A stretch of DNA of 35,970 bases from Phoronis australis (Eukaryota > Animalia > Phoronida): NCBI GenBank assembly GCA_002633005.1, contig NMRA01001243.1, positions 1-35,970 of the forward strand, read 5' to 3'. Under the pieces are notes generated by a model. It saw only the letters and a program-made list of their open reading frames with translations. It did not search any database and was not told the origin of the DNA. The position numbers were made by a program, and so were the translations under genes. Shown piece after piece: positions 11,732 to 23,968 of the stretch. The stretch's first letter is position 1, and every line of letters starts with the position of its first letter.

Positions 11732-14099
11732 TTAGACTCAGTCATTCTTGCAGTGAAGTTCTTATGCATCATACTGTACTATCCAATTGAGTGTCAAAAT
11801 CCACCCACAAAAAATCTAAGTCTTTTGTCTAAGACATGCTTTCTTTTGTAGGAATCACTTCATCACTACCAGTTTTACTTCCAAACCATTTGGTGTTTGT
11901 TTTATGCATTCACTTGGAGACCGGAGACACTAGCAAACAAATGTAGTAGTTTCAATGCGCTAGTCAATGGCAAATTTGACCCATCCAAAGTAATTGATGT
12001 GTCGTCCGCATATTGCAAAATAAAATATTCATTATTCCCAGCACCTACACCTGTAATATTTTATTATTCTTGATTAAATACGCCAAAATTTCTGCGCACA
12101 ATCTGATAATGTAGGGAGACAAGGGGTCACCTTGTCTGCAGCCACGAGAAATATATGAACCAGGAAGATGGGTGACCATTTACTATAACACACGGAAAAA
12201 ACTTTTACCCACCTTCTGATCGACTAAACAAAGTCAAGGAATTGTAAAGGTTTTTAATAAAATTCCACGACAATGAATCAAAATCCTTTCTCAAAATCGA
12301 TCAGTAAAACCAATTCTGTTTTGACGACTCGGCATAAAACATTAAATCATATAGCACGTGGATATTTTCGTTCATATTTCTTTCAGAAACGAAACCTGCA
12401 TAGTGTCTGGCCTTTACTGATTAGTTTTCCCAAAACGGATTTTAACCGTTTAGCCACAGCCGAAGAAAACAATTTATATGTCACATTGGGTTACGATATG
12501 GGTCGCCAGTTTTTCAAATAATGTTTAGTTTTATCTGCACCCTATGGGATACAGGTGATCACTTCCTCTTTCTGTGTTGATAATAACTGACCAACAGCAA
12601 AACCAGTATTAAGTAAGCGAACAACAAAATGTTCAATGTCAGCCATATAAATTAAGAAATTCCACAGAAAAACAATCGAAGTCTGGGCTTTTGTTGCTTT
12701 TCATTTTCTCAAGCATTCTTCATATGTAAGAAGACCTTCTAGTTTTTCTTTTTCTGTTTCATTCAGTTTTGAGATACAAACCTTATCAAGAAGAGTTTCT
12801 AAAGCAGTATTGTTAGAATTTCTTTATTTATAGAGATTTTCATTAAACGTTTAGGTTTCCTAAATAATCTCTTCTTCGCTATTGGTTTAATTATTGTCAA
12901 TTTTCCACAAAAGGCATAACATTACTGTTTTGCCGCGAATCTCCATCAACAACGTTTCAAGAAAAATTTGATCATTTACAGACAGTTGTAAATCTGAACT
13001 ACTTTTACTATAGACTGTCTGAATGTGCACAGTCGTATACTGTTGTTTAACTAATTTAATGGTATCCTCGACCGCAGCAGTATACTGAGAGTTTTTTAAG
13101 AGAGAGTTCTAAACTTCCAAAATGACCTCCTCCTCCTGGAAACAATTGTTTTAGAAAAACCGTCACCATTGAATGATCGGAAAAGTAATCGAATTCTATT
13201 GTGGGGTCCTCAATATCGGCTAATAGGTTTCCAAAAATTAGAAAATAATCTACGGTAGTCTGGGTCATTTACTTCCGTCTCCTCCGCTTGTATTCTTTAC
13301 TATTGGGGTTTAGTTCCCGCCAGACATCAGCAATAGACACTTAAACTGTATGTACAAATCTCCATCAACTTAATCCATGACTTCGGGTTATTAACCTGTC
13401 GATAATTAAGCGTGCCCTTAGACTGATCGAGAGCAGGATTAAAATCGCCTGCCCAACTAACAGGGTGATTTCCTTTATGTTGAATATCTTGTTTTATTTT
13501 TTCAAAAAAGCCTGCGAGTCCCTATTTGGACAACCCTGTCCACGTGGCACATACTGAGCCACAACACCACGTTCCTTGCAATATCTTTTTATCACTCCGG
13601 CTGGTCTGCTCACTCAGCTTGTCCGGAACCTGCTTTGCAGGTTATTATAGTCCAGTTGGCTGCACAACTTGGTTCAGGTAATTTTCATTTCTATATGATT
13701 TTTTCTAAGTTTACGCAGAGACCGTAGTGAGGTTAACGTCTTTGATTTCCAAGAGAGTTTTGATATTATATTGAATGGTTCAGTGCTTTAAGTTTTATAT
13801 TTTACAAACTGAAAATTCGGATCAAATTATTATGAAATAAGATTTACTGGTTATTCAACACTTTCACATTGTCTTGTCGCTTAACCCGCTTAGGTACCGT
13901 ACTTGGCTTACATATGACGTCATATACATGTAACAACAAAGCGAAGCACACGGCAACAAGATATTGCAACGATGATGCAAATAAGTCCAAACGTATGGGG
14001 TGAATAGTTTGGTCTCGTTGGGAAATTCTCAGTTGAAATGAATTCTCGATATGGCAGTAGTATTCCTATGTATGTGGGATAACCTATATTTATTCGCAA

Positions 14100-15766
14100 G
14101 GCGCTTGTAAGCCGCAATCTGGCGCCTTCACGCGCGTTCTTATACTTTGAATTTCCCTGTTGTTTATATTGCATTCACGAAAGTCTGTTAAAAATTTTGT
14201 CTCCAACACAGAGTTCAACAAGTAAACAGGTATGTAGTGACTTTATCTTCTCGGCTCAACGAACGGCATGTTTGCACAATGAAACATGGGCAAAGTCATA
14301 TTGCAGTTCACTTCCTAAGAAAATACGGAGTTTTATGACCTATGAAAAAGTACATTACGTTGTAAACTTAGTGTGCACTTGAATATTGAGCTGACCCAGT
14401 CGCAACTTTGGATGGACATAAATTCGGCTTGGATGTGACGAGCCCAGGAGCAATTCAGTGATACGCAATTTTTGGTCTGCACTGTCCCTCATTTACAGAG
14501 CCTCACTCTTAGGGTTCGTGTTTAAACTCTATTTTAAATCTGAGACAGTGGTCGTCCTTGAGACGCACGTAATTACACGTTCTGCAACAGGAATATTTGT
14601 CATGTAAGTCCAACATAGGCTGAATATCTGATTGAAATGCAGGTATGTTGAGCAACAGGTGGGGTTTTTGTCAGTGCATGTGGGCCATTTTTATGATTTT
14701 ATGTCTAGACCGGCAACAATAAGTCACTATCTTCAGGCTAAAACTGGCCACTGTCAGCTCCTTTCCCACTTATATCGCCTGGAAATCTCTCACACAGGTG
14801 AGAGCCGGTGTGGCACTGGTCCTCACACTTACTGCAGAAATGCGCTATCTTAAGCACCCTTAAGTGCCAAACATGAACCAGTCCAGTAGAGCTCCAAAAA
14901 TTGTGGGACCCGTCAACATCGTCAACCCAACAAGAGGCAGACTTTGCCCTGATGACCGGACTGAACATAAAACACATGGCCGGGAACGCAGAAGAAGATG
15001 GACAATTTTAAGTCACTCTTACATAAAAAAGTTTGGAGATTATAAGATATAATGGACAGTTTTTGTGCTTTAATTATCACCAGACAAATCAAACAAAACT
15101 ATTTCGAATTTTGTTGTAAGACATTTTCCAGGAAAGCCAATCTCTGCTTTACTAATCCCCTGGCTATATTGGGATTGAGATTACATTTACTAGCAGTTGC
15201 AGCACAGACTTAGCATAGTACAATGACCACCAACTGTGTACATTTTGAATGAACGAAATCTGTTATCATGTGAAAAACCACCACCAACACCATTGACCGA
15301 GAAATTATTCTTTTTGGGTTTGAGATTGCATGTACAAGGCGCCGCCAACACTATTGGTTGATAAGTTATTCCTTGGTGAGACACGGTTTTACTTCCGACA
15401 TAGTTCGTCTGCGCAAAAACCGGAATGTGGCATTTCTTCCAATAATTCCAGGTAAAAATATCAGAAATGCGAATCTGTTGTCTATGAGCTGTGGTTGCAG
15501 CAAAACCATGTAACTGATTTTTGGTATATGTCAGGAAAAATGTGACAGATAGTTAACTGTTTATTTCGTCTTAAGAAATTTTACAAAAGTAACAATTTAA
15601 TGGCAGCAAATCGATCACTTTATATGCAGGCAGGTTGAATATTAAAAATTAAAATAACAATAAATACAAACGAGGTAATTTCTATGGTGTATTGTCATAA
15701 TACCATCTACATACAAAAACACTGACAAACACACTTAAAAACAAAAACACAGCAAGCAAATAAATT
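14100..15766 (+). repeat. Duplication block C (paralogous to 32812-35019)
   Basis: Collinear matches, e.g. gcatgtttgcacaatgaaacat (14266 / 32995), ttgttgtaagacattttccaggaaagc (15111 / 34361), gcagttgcagcacagacttagcatag (15193 / 34443). Confidence 0.92.
14705..15000 (+). mobile_element. 3' end of a 5'-truncated I/Nimb/Ingi-like LINE (ORF2 C-terminal zinc knuckle plus GAA tail)
   Basis: LDRQQ*VTIFRL/KTGHCQLLSHLYRLEISHTGESRCGTGP resembles the RLRTGH...CxCG...H..C motif. It ends gaacgcagaagaagatg. Confidence 0.8.
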
Positions 15767-18700
15767 TTGAGTTTGCTATTATAACTGAAAATGGATACTA
15801 CATCAAGTAGAAAAACATTGAAATCTAAGATAAGTATATGAGTACGATAAAGCAAAACGAAGCACTGTCTGTTTGATTGAAAGGACATTTAAGAAAAAAT
15901 GATTAATGGTATTCAAGAAAATTTAAGAAATAGACCAGATTGTAGTTTATTAAGAACTGTCCCTTTGTTTCTGACAATAAAAAAGTTGTCATACAAGGAG
16001 ATGGCGTGGATGTAGGGACCTCAGACGACTGATACATGTAGCTTTTTACAGCACCTTTAAGCGATTGAAAACTGTGCAATTTTCAGATGTCAAGAGAAAA
16101 CGTTACAGAGTTGAACGCACAGAATTAGATGAGATTTATAAATTGAATGAGAGCAATTATGAGGGACTACAAACTGAGGCATAGTTGTTAAGAGGCAATC
16201 TAATTAAAAACCAGTAGATTTTAAAAAAATCAGTCTATGCGTCAAAATTCAAAACAACTTCATTTTTTGTACATGGATAGGCATATCTGTAGTTTTATAA
16301 TTCGTAGATTCAAATCCTTCATCGGACAATATGAAATCAAAAAATCACACCATGATGAATGTACCACATATCCGTGCTCGTTCTTCTAAGAACGCAGAAA
16401 CACCTGACCGAAACGTCGTGATAATGTAAATAAACAAGAGGTTGGTGTAAATAGACCAAGAGATTTTAATAACACTCATAATGGATAGGTATCCTAACAA
16501 AAATCTAAATGCCTCATTTTGTACATTCAATGACCCCTAATTTTGTCGCTGGAGCACTAGACCACACGTGGTCATATTAGCCGTCTCCAAAATTGTACGT
16601 TTTCAGCAACGAAGATAAGTAACTTACAAAATACACTGAAAGTTACACTATGGTGGCTGGAATAACCAATGCAGATCGTAAATAATTATTTGGCATTTAC
16701 TCAAATTTTAAAGTCCTTGTTGCAAACTGCCCATGTGGTTCCAGTATCCGAAAATACTTACTACATAAATTCTTATTTTCGACACCCTTTCTTTATATTC
16801 TTTTCGCCTTTCTTGCCAAAAGCGATTTTTTAACAGTATTTGACCCTTCACTCTGAGCGTATGATTACCGGTTATTTCCGTACCCACATTTCCGGCTCAT
16901 CAGTTCAGGAACTTGTCCTGAACGCCGCCATTTTTTCCTTGTAACTGAATGTGCTATGGCCTGCTCGAAAAGTCTTCATTATTTTGTTTTATTAGTAATA
17001 TATCGTGATTCGTTTGCATATGTAGTGTATTTATAGTCTGTAGTTAGTGGTCGTTGATTTTTTTGGAATGTTACGCGTATTTAGTATGTTAAAATAGCAT
17101 TGGTGTTTAGTTCCTTACGTAGGCCGGTCGAACCTAGGAACCAATATGGGTCGAACCAATTTTTTTCGGTTTTATTTTTTTCCTCGTTTTGAAAAAGTAC
17201 TTTGCTATCATCGGAAAGGTAGTACATTCTACTCAGTAAAAATCGAAAAAGTATCAAAATCGGGGCAAGCACTGTAAAGTTATTGCAAGTTTTGTGGCGA
17301 AATTTGGGTCACTTTGTTTGGATCGCGTCGGCCATATTGGAGGACAGCGGGATGAGTTACGAGTTTAAAACTTTGTGTAAATTGTTTTCGCCAACAAATT
17401 ACGGTAAAATTTAGTTAGACATATCTTTACTTACTATTCTGCACGATTTAGCAGTGTTCACCAAAATTCAGCCTCGCAGTTGTTACTCATTAAGTGATAA
17501 ATGTGCTCACAATTCCCGTTGGACTTCGATCGGCTCATTTCTGGCGGCACCTACAATGTCGACTTTTGCTGAACTGAAAGGCATGTTCAATCGGCTACTT
17601 TGTAATTTGTGAAAATTCATAACGTTGATACATTTTGACAAACGTTGCTACAAAAAAGAAACTTTGTTCAATTTTCGTGTTTTTTGTGTTTGCGGCCAGC
17701 AGTGTGACACAGGACTAACCAGCCCGTAATTTCATGCAAGTGTCTGAAACTACCTTTGAATATATGCAGCATTTATCATTTGACCATTTTACTTCGACAA
17801 AACAGCTTGCAACCGCATGCATTTACCGTTCGCCAGTGTCTGGTCTCGATCCGCACCAGGTCCGGTAGGCTGCGGTCCCGAGTCTGGCAAAATAATTTCT
17901 GTCAAAATTTATTCGCCACATTTCTTCAGCAAATTCCAAAAAATTGTCCGTAGTTTGATTTTATCAAAATTAAGGCGCGCTGTCGATTTTTTTATCCCCG
18001 TTTGCTGGCTGGTAACAGTACAGGCACTGCTCCAGGCCAGTCGCACTGACGGCGTTTTCTCGGCCTGGGTTCCTGAATGAATTGTACTTCCGGGTTCGCG
18101 GCAAGTTCAAAATGGCGGTGTTTCTTCGGGTGCGAATCGTGAGTGGCGCGTTCATTTAAACTGTTTTCAAGGACGGATCGTGTATTAGTTATGGGGTAGG
18201 TACTTCTTGGATCCTTATAACATCTTCTAACCATGTAATAAGGGTTAACAACGCGTGAGACAAGGACTTTAAGGCTTTGTGCTGTACATGGGAGATAATC
18301 CAAAGACCACTTTCCCCAGCTAATCTTAGTGACCGTTTTCGTGGCTCTCTTACTGCCATATTGCACATTGTAGGCATATGTAACGTTTCGTAAATACAAC
18401 AAGAGAGTGAATCTTGATGACTGATTCAATATCTGATTTAAATTGTTATAAAAGTCAAGTCTAAGGTCTTTCAAATGAAAGCAAGTTGTCTTCCAGATGT
18501 ACAATGTATTGCGCTATCAGTATCAAAACTGAACCCGATGACCTTTGTCCATTGAGTCAGCCGACATTAGGTTTGAGGATATATAAAAAACTTGTACACG
18601 TAACCTTCTTGTTTTCTTCATCATCATTCATTTGACAATTGCAAGCCAGTTAGATGGAAATAACTTCCTTTGAAGTTTGTATTTGTAAGAACTATTATTT

Positions 18701-21649
18701 TTAAAGAGGTTCCGTCTCGTTGCGAGAAAAATGACAAACGACGGTGGTCTCAGCGCATAGTTGATTATTAAAAGCCAAAATAAAACCTACATATCACTTT
18801 ACTAAGCTGAATCACGTTGGCTGTTGTGCTACCGTACATGTATGTTGCAACAATTGAAAAACGCTAAATGCATCGGGAAGCAAATCACCTGAAAACATTT
18901 TCACGGAACCAAAACATACTGTACACCGTGGTGAAAAGATACAAAAGAACAGTTCCCCGAGCCTCCAGATGTACACTGAGGGTCAACATAATAATGGTGG
19001 GAGGTACGACGAATCGTCATTTGATTTGTCCACGGAACATTGAGTCTATGCTTAAATTTTTTCAAAGACTTAGTTCTTACCGTAGGATACTGTGCAAGAA
19101 GGAAAAATGTGCAAGTGTTATGAGGGATCTGCGTTATGTGGAAATTCGACGACACTGCATTAGTAGAAAGTGCTGCGGGCAAGAACCTATACTGGCCGTC
19201 AGCCAGCGACTCATTTTTGGAAGTTGTATGTGACATCATCTTCGACAGTTTCCACATAGGTGGCGCTGTGACAGAGGATAGGATTAATTTTCCCCGAATA
19301 AGGAGCTTTTCGACTGTAGTAAAACATCAGTAATTACAGTAAAGTATTATTGCAGAAACCCAGCCGACTATCGCCAGAACACACTCCAACATTTATGACA
19401 AACTTACACCCTGCCAGTGTTATAAGAAATATCGATTGACGTCTCTCTTAAGATTTTAAGAATGCACCGAATCGTCGTGAATCCTGTAGCGAAACATGTT
19501 GGGGCAAAAATCAACTGAAAAATAAAAGATGAATTTGCTAACAGATGAAGAAAGTGAAAGTTTGCTCGCTAATATGATGAGTACTTTCAACAATCCGCAA
19601 TTATTCACTCTACTGGTCGCAAAATACGTAATTTCTGACATCATCGCTGCATTTTGATATTCGCTTACCCCGGCCGAACTACATGTAATACTCTCGGGCT
19701 CCAGTTCTCGTCAAGAGTATTTCCTGAATGTTGTTGCGGAATACTGAAGAGTTTAGGTTTTAAAGTCACACTGCAGAATACATTGTTATATTTTCAATCG
19801 GATATCTGTGCTAACCATATGGAGAACAGAGTTAGGTAAAGTTCGAACGATAGTTTGATAACTGACTGAAACATTACAGATATTTACATACTACCTAACA
19901 AGCACTTTTACGAGCAATAATACGTGATTGTCAAAAGTATTTGCAGAATTACAAAGGGATGAATTTTCTTATTACTCCTCTACGTCTGCGCATGGATGCA
20001 AGCAAATGAGAGAAACACTGGTGTAAAAAAATCACGAGCCTACTATTTTAAGCATGAATACAAGTTTGAAAAAACACCCGAGTTTCAGGAATTTGAAATT
20101 TTGCCCGGGCAAGCTCCTGCGTATAGTTTACGTTATGATAAACAAGAGGACACTCTGGATTTTTATCATTGATCTGTTCCCACCCGATCGACGTTCAAGG
20201 TTTTATTGATACTCCAGAACGGCAGAAGGTATCAACCACAAGGCCCAGGAGGAAAGCAGGCCGGGGATCGGTGTCGAATGATTTTTCATTTGTGCATATT
20301 TTCAAGTGAGGGCAGATGAAATATTCTGCATATTGTTTGAAAACTGATGCTCCCTAACAAAAATGTTGTCAGGGCCCCCCAAAACGGTAAAACAGCACAG
20401 TAAGTTGACAAGTGTTCTCCATAATTTTCTCTCTTCTGTATGCTTCGCTTGATTGCTTCTATCTTCTCTCAACGGCGGTGGCCATGACAATTTCCCTCTC
20501 ACGCCTGAAAAGTAACGGGGGCAATTACAATTGATCCCTCTCCCCCGCTTCCTACACCACTCACCTTCGTGGGAGTAGTATGAACTCACGTCCATCAGCC
20601 AGTCACCGCGTTGCTTCCATTATAACGCACAGTCGGCTTCGTGTAAGCCATATACAAATGATCGCAGGTACTTTATCAGTAACCACACCAGTCTCTCAAT
20701 CAGTAACTCTAGGACCAAAGAGCTAAATATACACATATTTATCTCATTGGCTAGACCCTTGCTAAAAGCAAGACCTCACGAGATTTCGTGAGATATTATA
20801 ATGGATTTTTTTGAGAACATGTGACAGTTCGGTCCTAGCATAGGTCCTAGCGCTACTGAACGCACTTAAGAACTAGAATCTATCGCTGGCAACGTGTAAA
20901 TGAGTGCATCCTACCGGTAAAGAATTTCTATCCTCTAATTCAGTGACAATAGGGCTGCGGTCCTGGATTAGACGGCTATAGAACTCTCCTTTGAGATAAG
21001 AAAGCGCGTTACCTCGTTTTGGAAATATGGCACCTTTTCGTGTTTCCCATTGATATCGGGAAGGCAAAGAATTTCACCTCATGCATCCACGGGTATTTGT
21101 GCAGTTTATCAAACTTTCTTGCGTGTTAGTTGAAGCCCACAGCACAGCAGTGATACTTCGTTAGCATTAGAAGGACAAATAGAGTAATGCAACCGAGAAA
21201 AACTTGTAAAGAATCAGACAATCATAAATAACGTATATAAAATCCACGGACGCGAAAACGGATATTTACGGCATTGTGGGTAAATACAGCGAGATTAGAG
21301 TGTCGCTGTGTAGTCCGAGACAGTCATCAAAATTGATTTTATTTTCTTTTAGATTGAAATTGGCAGTTTATAAAATTGCAGTGGCGCACGTCGTGAGTAC
21401 AGTCTTTCTACAAAAAGTCCTTTTGACAAACTTTTCTTCGAAAGGGTGCCTTTCCTATTAACTTACGCACAAAATGGTTCTCTTCGGGAGTTCGAAACTC
21501 AACAAAATCAAAGGTTCCCTTTCCCAGAACAAAAATCTGCACAACGTTTTATTATAATATGTATTTTCAAAATTGCGGTCGCATATACTCATTCATCAAC
21601 GATCTTTTCATGCTGAACTGTTTTATCAGTCTGCCGGATTGGGTTTCAG

Positions 21650-21928
21650 CATAGACTATGGTACATGGACTGTTAACTCGGTATACTTTCAAAGGACGAA
21701 ATCTGTGCTCTTACGGAGGCAATGACGTCATTATTCATTGGAGACACCTTGCCAAATTATCTGGCATTATTTTCGGCAAGTACGTCGTCTGCTAAATCAT
21801 GGTCGGCTGTTGTGTCGTCACAATACGCTAACGGGAAACTGTAACAGATAACTTAGGAGAGTAGCGCCTCCTTTGGGATAGTGCGCAAGAAAATGTCGGA
21901 GTTGCGAATCTGTTGTCTATAATCTATG
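21650..21928. mobile_element. Possible small MITE with CATAGA...TCTATG termini
   Basis: catagact at 21650 and aatctatg ending at 21928. The subterminal gcgaat(c/t)tgttgtctat recurs at ~15469-15486 and ~34734-34751. Confidence 0.45.
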
Positions 21929-23787
21929 GCTTAAGAAATCGTCCCTTTCAAAGGAACGATGTTTCTGAAACAAACGACCATTTTCCATAGACGTTCTTTC
22001 GATACAAGTCTCTAAGTGGATGTTTGCCCATTCCCCATGCCTCTGTCAAGAATGTACATTAGTCGTGTACATGCAACGAGTTTTATACAACGAGTTCAGC
22101 ACTTGGCTTATCAGTCGATCATATGGCTGGTTGTTGTCAATTAGTCGGGTAGAGTGACCAAAAAAAATTTGTTTACACTTCGGAAGATTTTTTCCAAACT
22201 ATTGTGATTCAGTCATTTTTAAAAGCGTGCATTGGGGAGCTACTACTGAAAAAGAAAGTGCGCCAAAAATTGAAAGGACCTCACGTGGTCAGAAGTACTA
22301 CATGAAAAATTAGAATGCCTTTTCTACTGAAAATGGTTCAGAACAAATAGTGATCAATCCAAGCGTTTTTTTATATGTTTATAAATAATTTTTAAGACAT
22401 GTTTTATTTAGATAAGAATTGCAGTAAATTGGCATGGAAGCATGATTCCGTATAATTTTGAAACAAAGTTAGCCAAAAATATACAATTACCATCACAAGG
22501 TGTTTATTCGATTAAAGATGATTATTGTAACTTGAAAATCACGTTCATAAGATCACAAAACACATTGTGTCATTTCGTTTTTCTATTTTCATATGTATGA
22601 AGTAAGCCTAAGCACGCACAACAACGCAAACAACATAAAGATATAAAGCATACATTTACAAATTGCAGGAGACTGCAATATGAACGATACCGCGTTCACA
22701 TGATAAGAAGGATAGTCAATCATTTAAACAAGAGTTAACAGAGGCACTCTATCTGTCGTCATACAAATGATTAGCATAAGCATTAAGGTGTGAAATGGTA
22801 ATATTCAGCCTAACCACAAATTATGCCATTGCAATGTAGGTTTTTTTCCTGGTAGGAAGACAGATTTGTCAACTGATTTGCGGGCAGATGAAAAGAAAGC
22901 AGATCAGTCCTTTGACGAGCGTTATTGTGTGATTATTTTTTCAAAGGACGGATCAGTCGTCCCACATGCCTTATGGTCGGACGACATGTGAAAGTTGCAT
23001 TAATGTCATGTCCTGTTTAAAGAAAATACACATACATATCTCTTAAGAATTGTGTCCATGTAAACGTGCACGAAACGGTTAAATAAGGCAATGCAGGCGT
23101 ATTGTGGACAATATTTTAATTTTTCTATTGCCAACTTCCCCGCTTTTTGATGATGCATTCCGCCGTCTGCCACACCATCAATATGCCCTGCTTTTTTGAC
23201 ATACAGCGAAACTGAGTTACTGTGAAATACATGTATTATGGCGATATCCCGTCATAAAAGATACCGCTCTCACGGCTAGTAGGTAGAGAGACGCCCNCTC
23301 CTTTCGAGCAAAAAGGCACGTACATGCATGTACAGGCGATTTCCGTTGGAGCAAAAGCTATCACTCCTTCTGACCGTGACAGGAATGAACAAGGGAGATT
23401 TGACTGCGGTTTTGCTTCCTCCTGTTGGTCTTTCAACATTTCGTTTGGTGTTGTCGTCACAAATTTCCTGCTTTTCATCGTATGAAAGTCCCCGCTTTTT
23501 CAACCCTGGTGTTCATTTTTTTGTTTTCAAATAACTACGAAACATCCTCCACAAATGTACGCTATGCAATGTCATGCATCTGTTCACAGTTTGACCAAAC
23601 AATTCTTGAACATCACTGCAGACGTCACGCAATTCTGCTTCCAATTATTCCTATATACAGGCGGCATAATAAAGTATGCCTTGTTGACTGAGTGTGAAGC
23701 TTTCTTGAAAGGAGTTTAATGCAGTAGGAGTTTTTTCTAAATTCTGAGAGATCACCTTGGCATCAAATTGCAAATGCTTTGGAGTGC

Positions 23788-23793
23788 TTTATT
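23788..23793 (-). terminator. Candidate polyadenylation signal AATAAA of the TRIM gene
   Basis: First AATAAA seen on the minus strand, about 175 nt after the stop codon. Confidence 0.4.
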
Positions 23794-23968
23794 CAGTTCA
23801 TTCGCATAAAATCTCCAATGTCTCTCAAAATGCTTGTGAGTCTCAGAAATCGTGGTCCGTCTCTGTCAGTTCGGCCACTTTAACACACTAAAGAGTTACA
23901 CTTGAATATTTGGAATTTTCTGTAAACTAAAAGAATAGGCGTTTTAATACGATGGTGGTGATTGTTTT

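Larger units (their letters stand above)
8990..13535 (-). mobile_element. Degraded, 5'-truncated L1/Tx1-clade LINE ORF2, interrupted at 10402-11731
   Basis: Minus-strand motifs in the expected order: endonuclease WAGDFN (~13440-13457), DYFLI and SDHSMV (~13165-13250); RT KNWRPIS (~12494-12515), SRGCRQGDPLSPY (~12112-12150), LQYADDTS (~11996-12018); QGGLKMVN (~10160-10183). AATAAA near 8998-9003. Many stops and frameshifts. Confidence 0.92.

Noticed and set aside
17992-18504. 170-aa ORF
   Set aside because: Non-ATG start, no recognisable domain, and composition typical of a chance ORF.
18868-20280. Possible ancient CR1/L2 LINE remnant (WKFDDTALVE at ~19140; TRGH at ~20142)
   Set aside because: Only two very short motif resemblances and no other RT motifs visible. 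A profile-HMM search would be needed.
23236-23691. Overlapping short ORFs downstream of the TRIM stop
   Set aside because: No domain similarity or splice support; probably 3' UTR or intergenic sequence.
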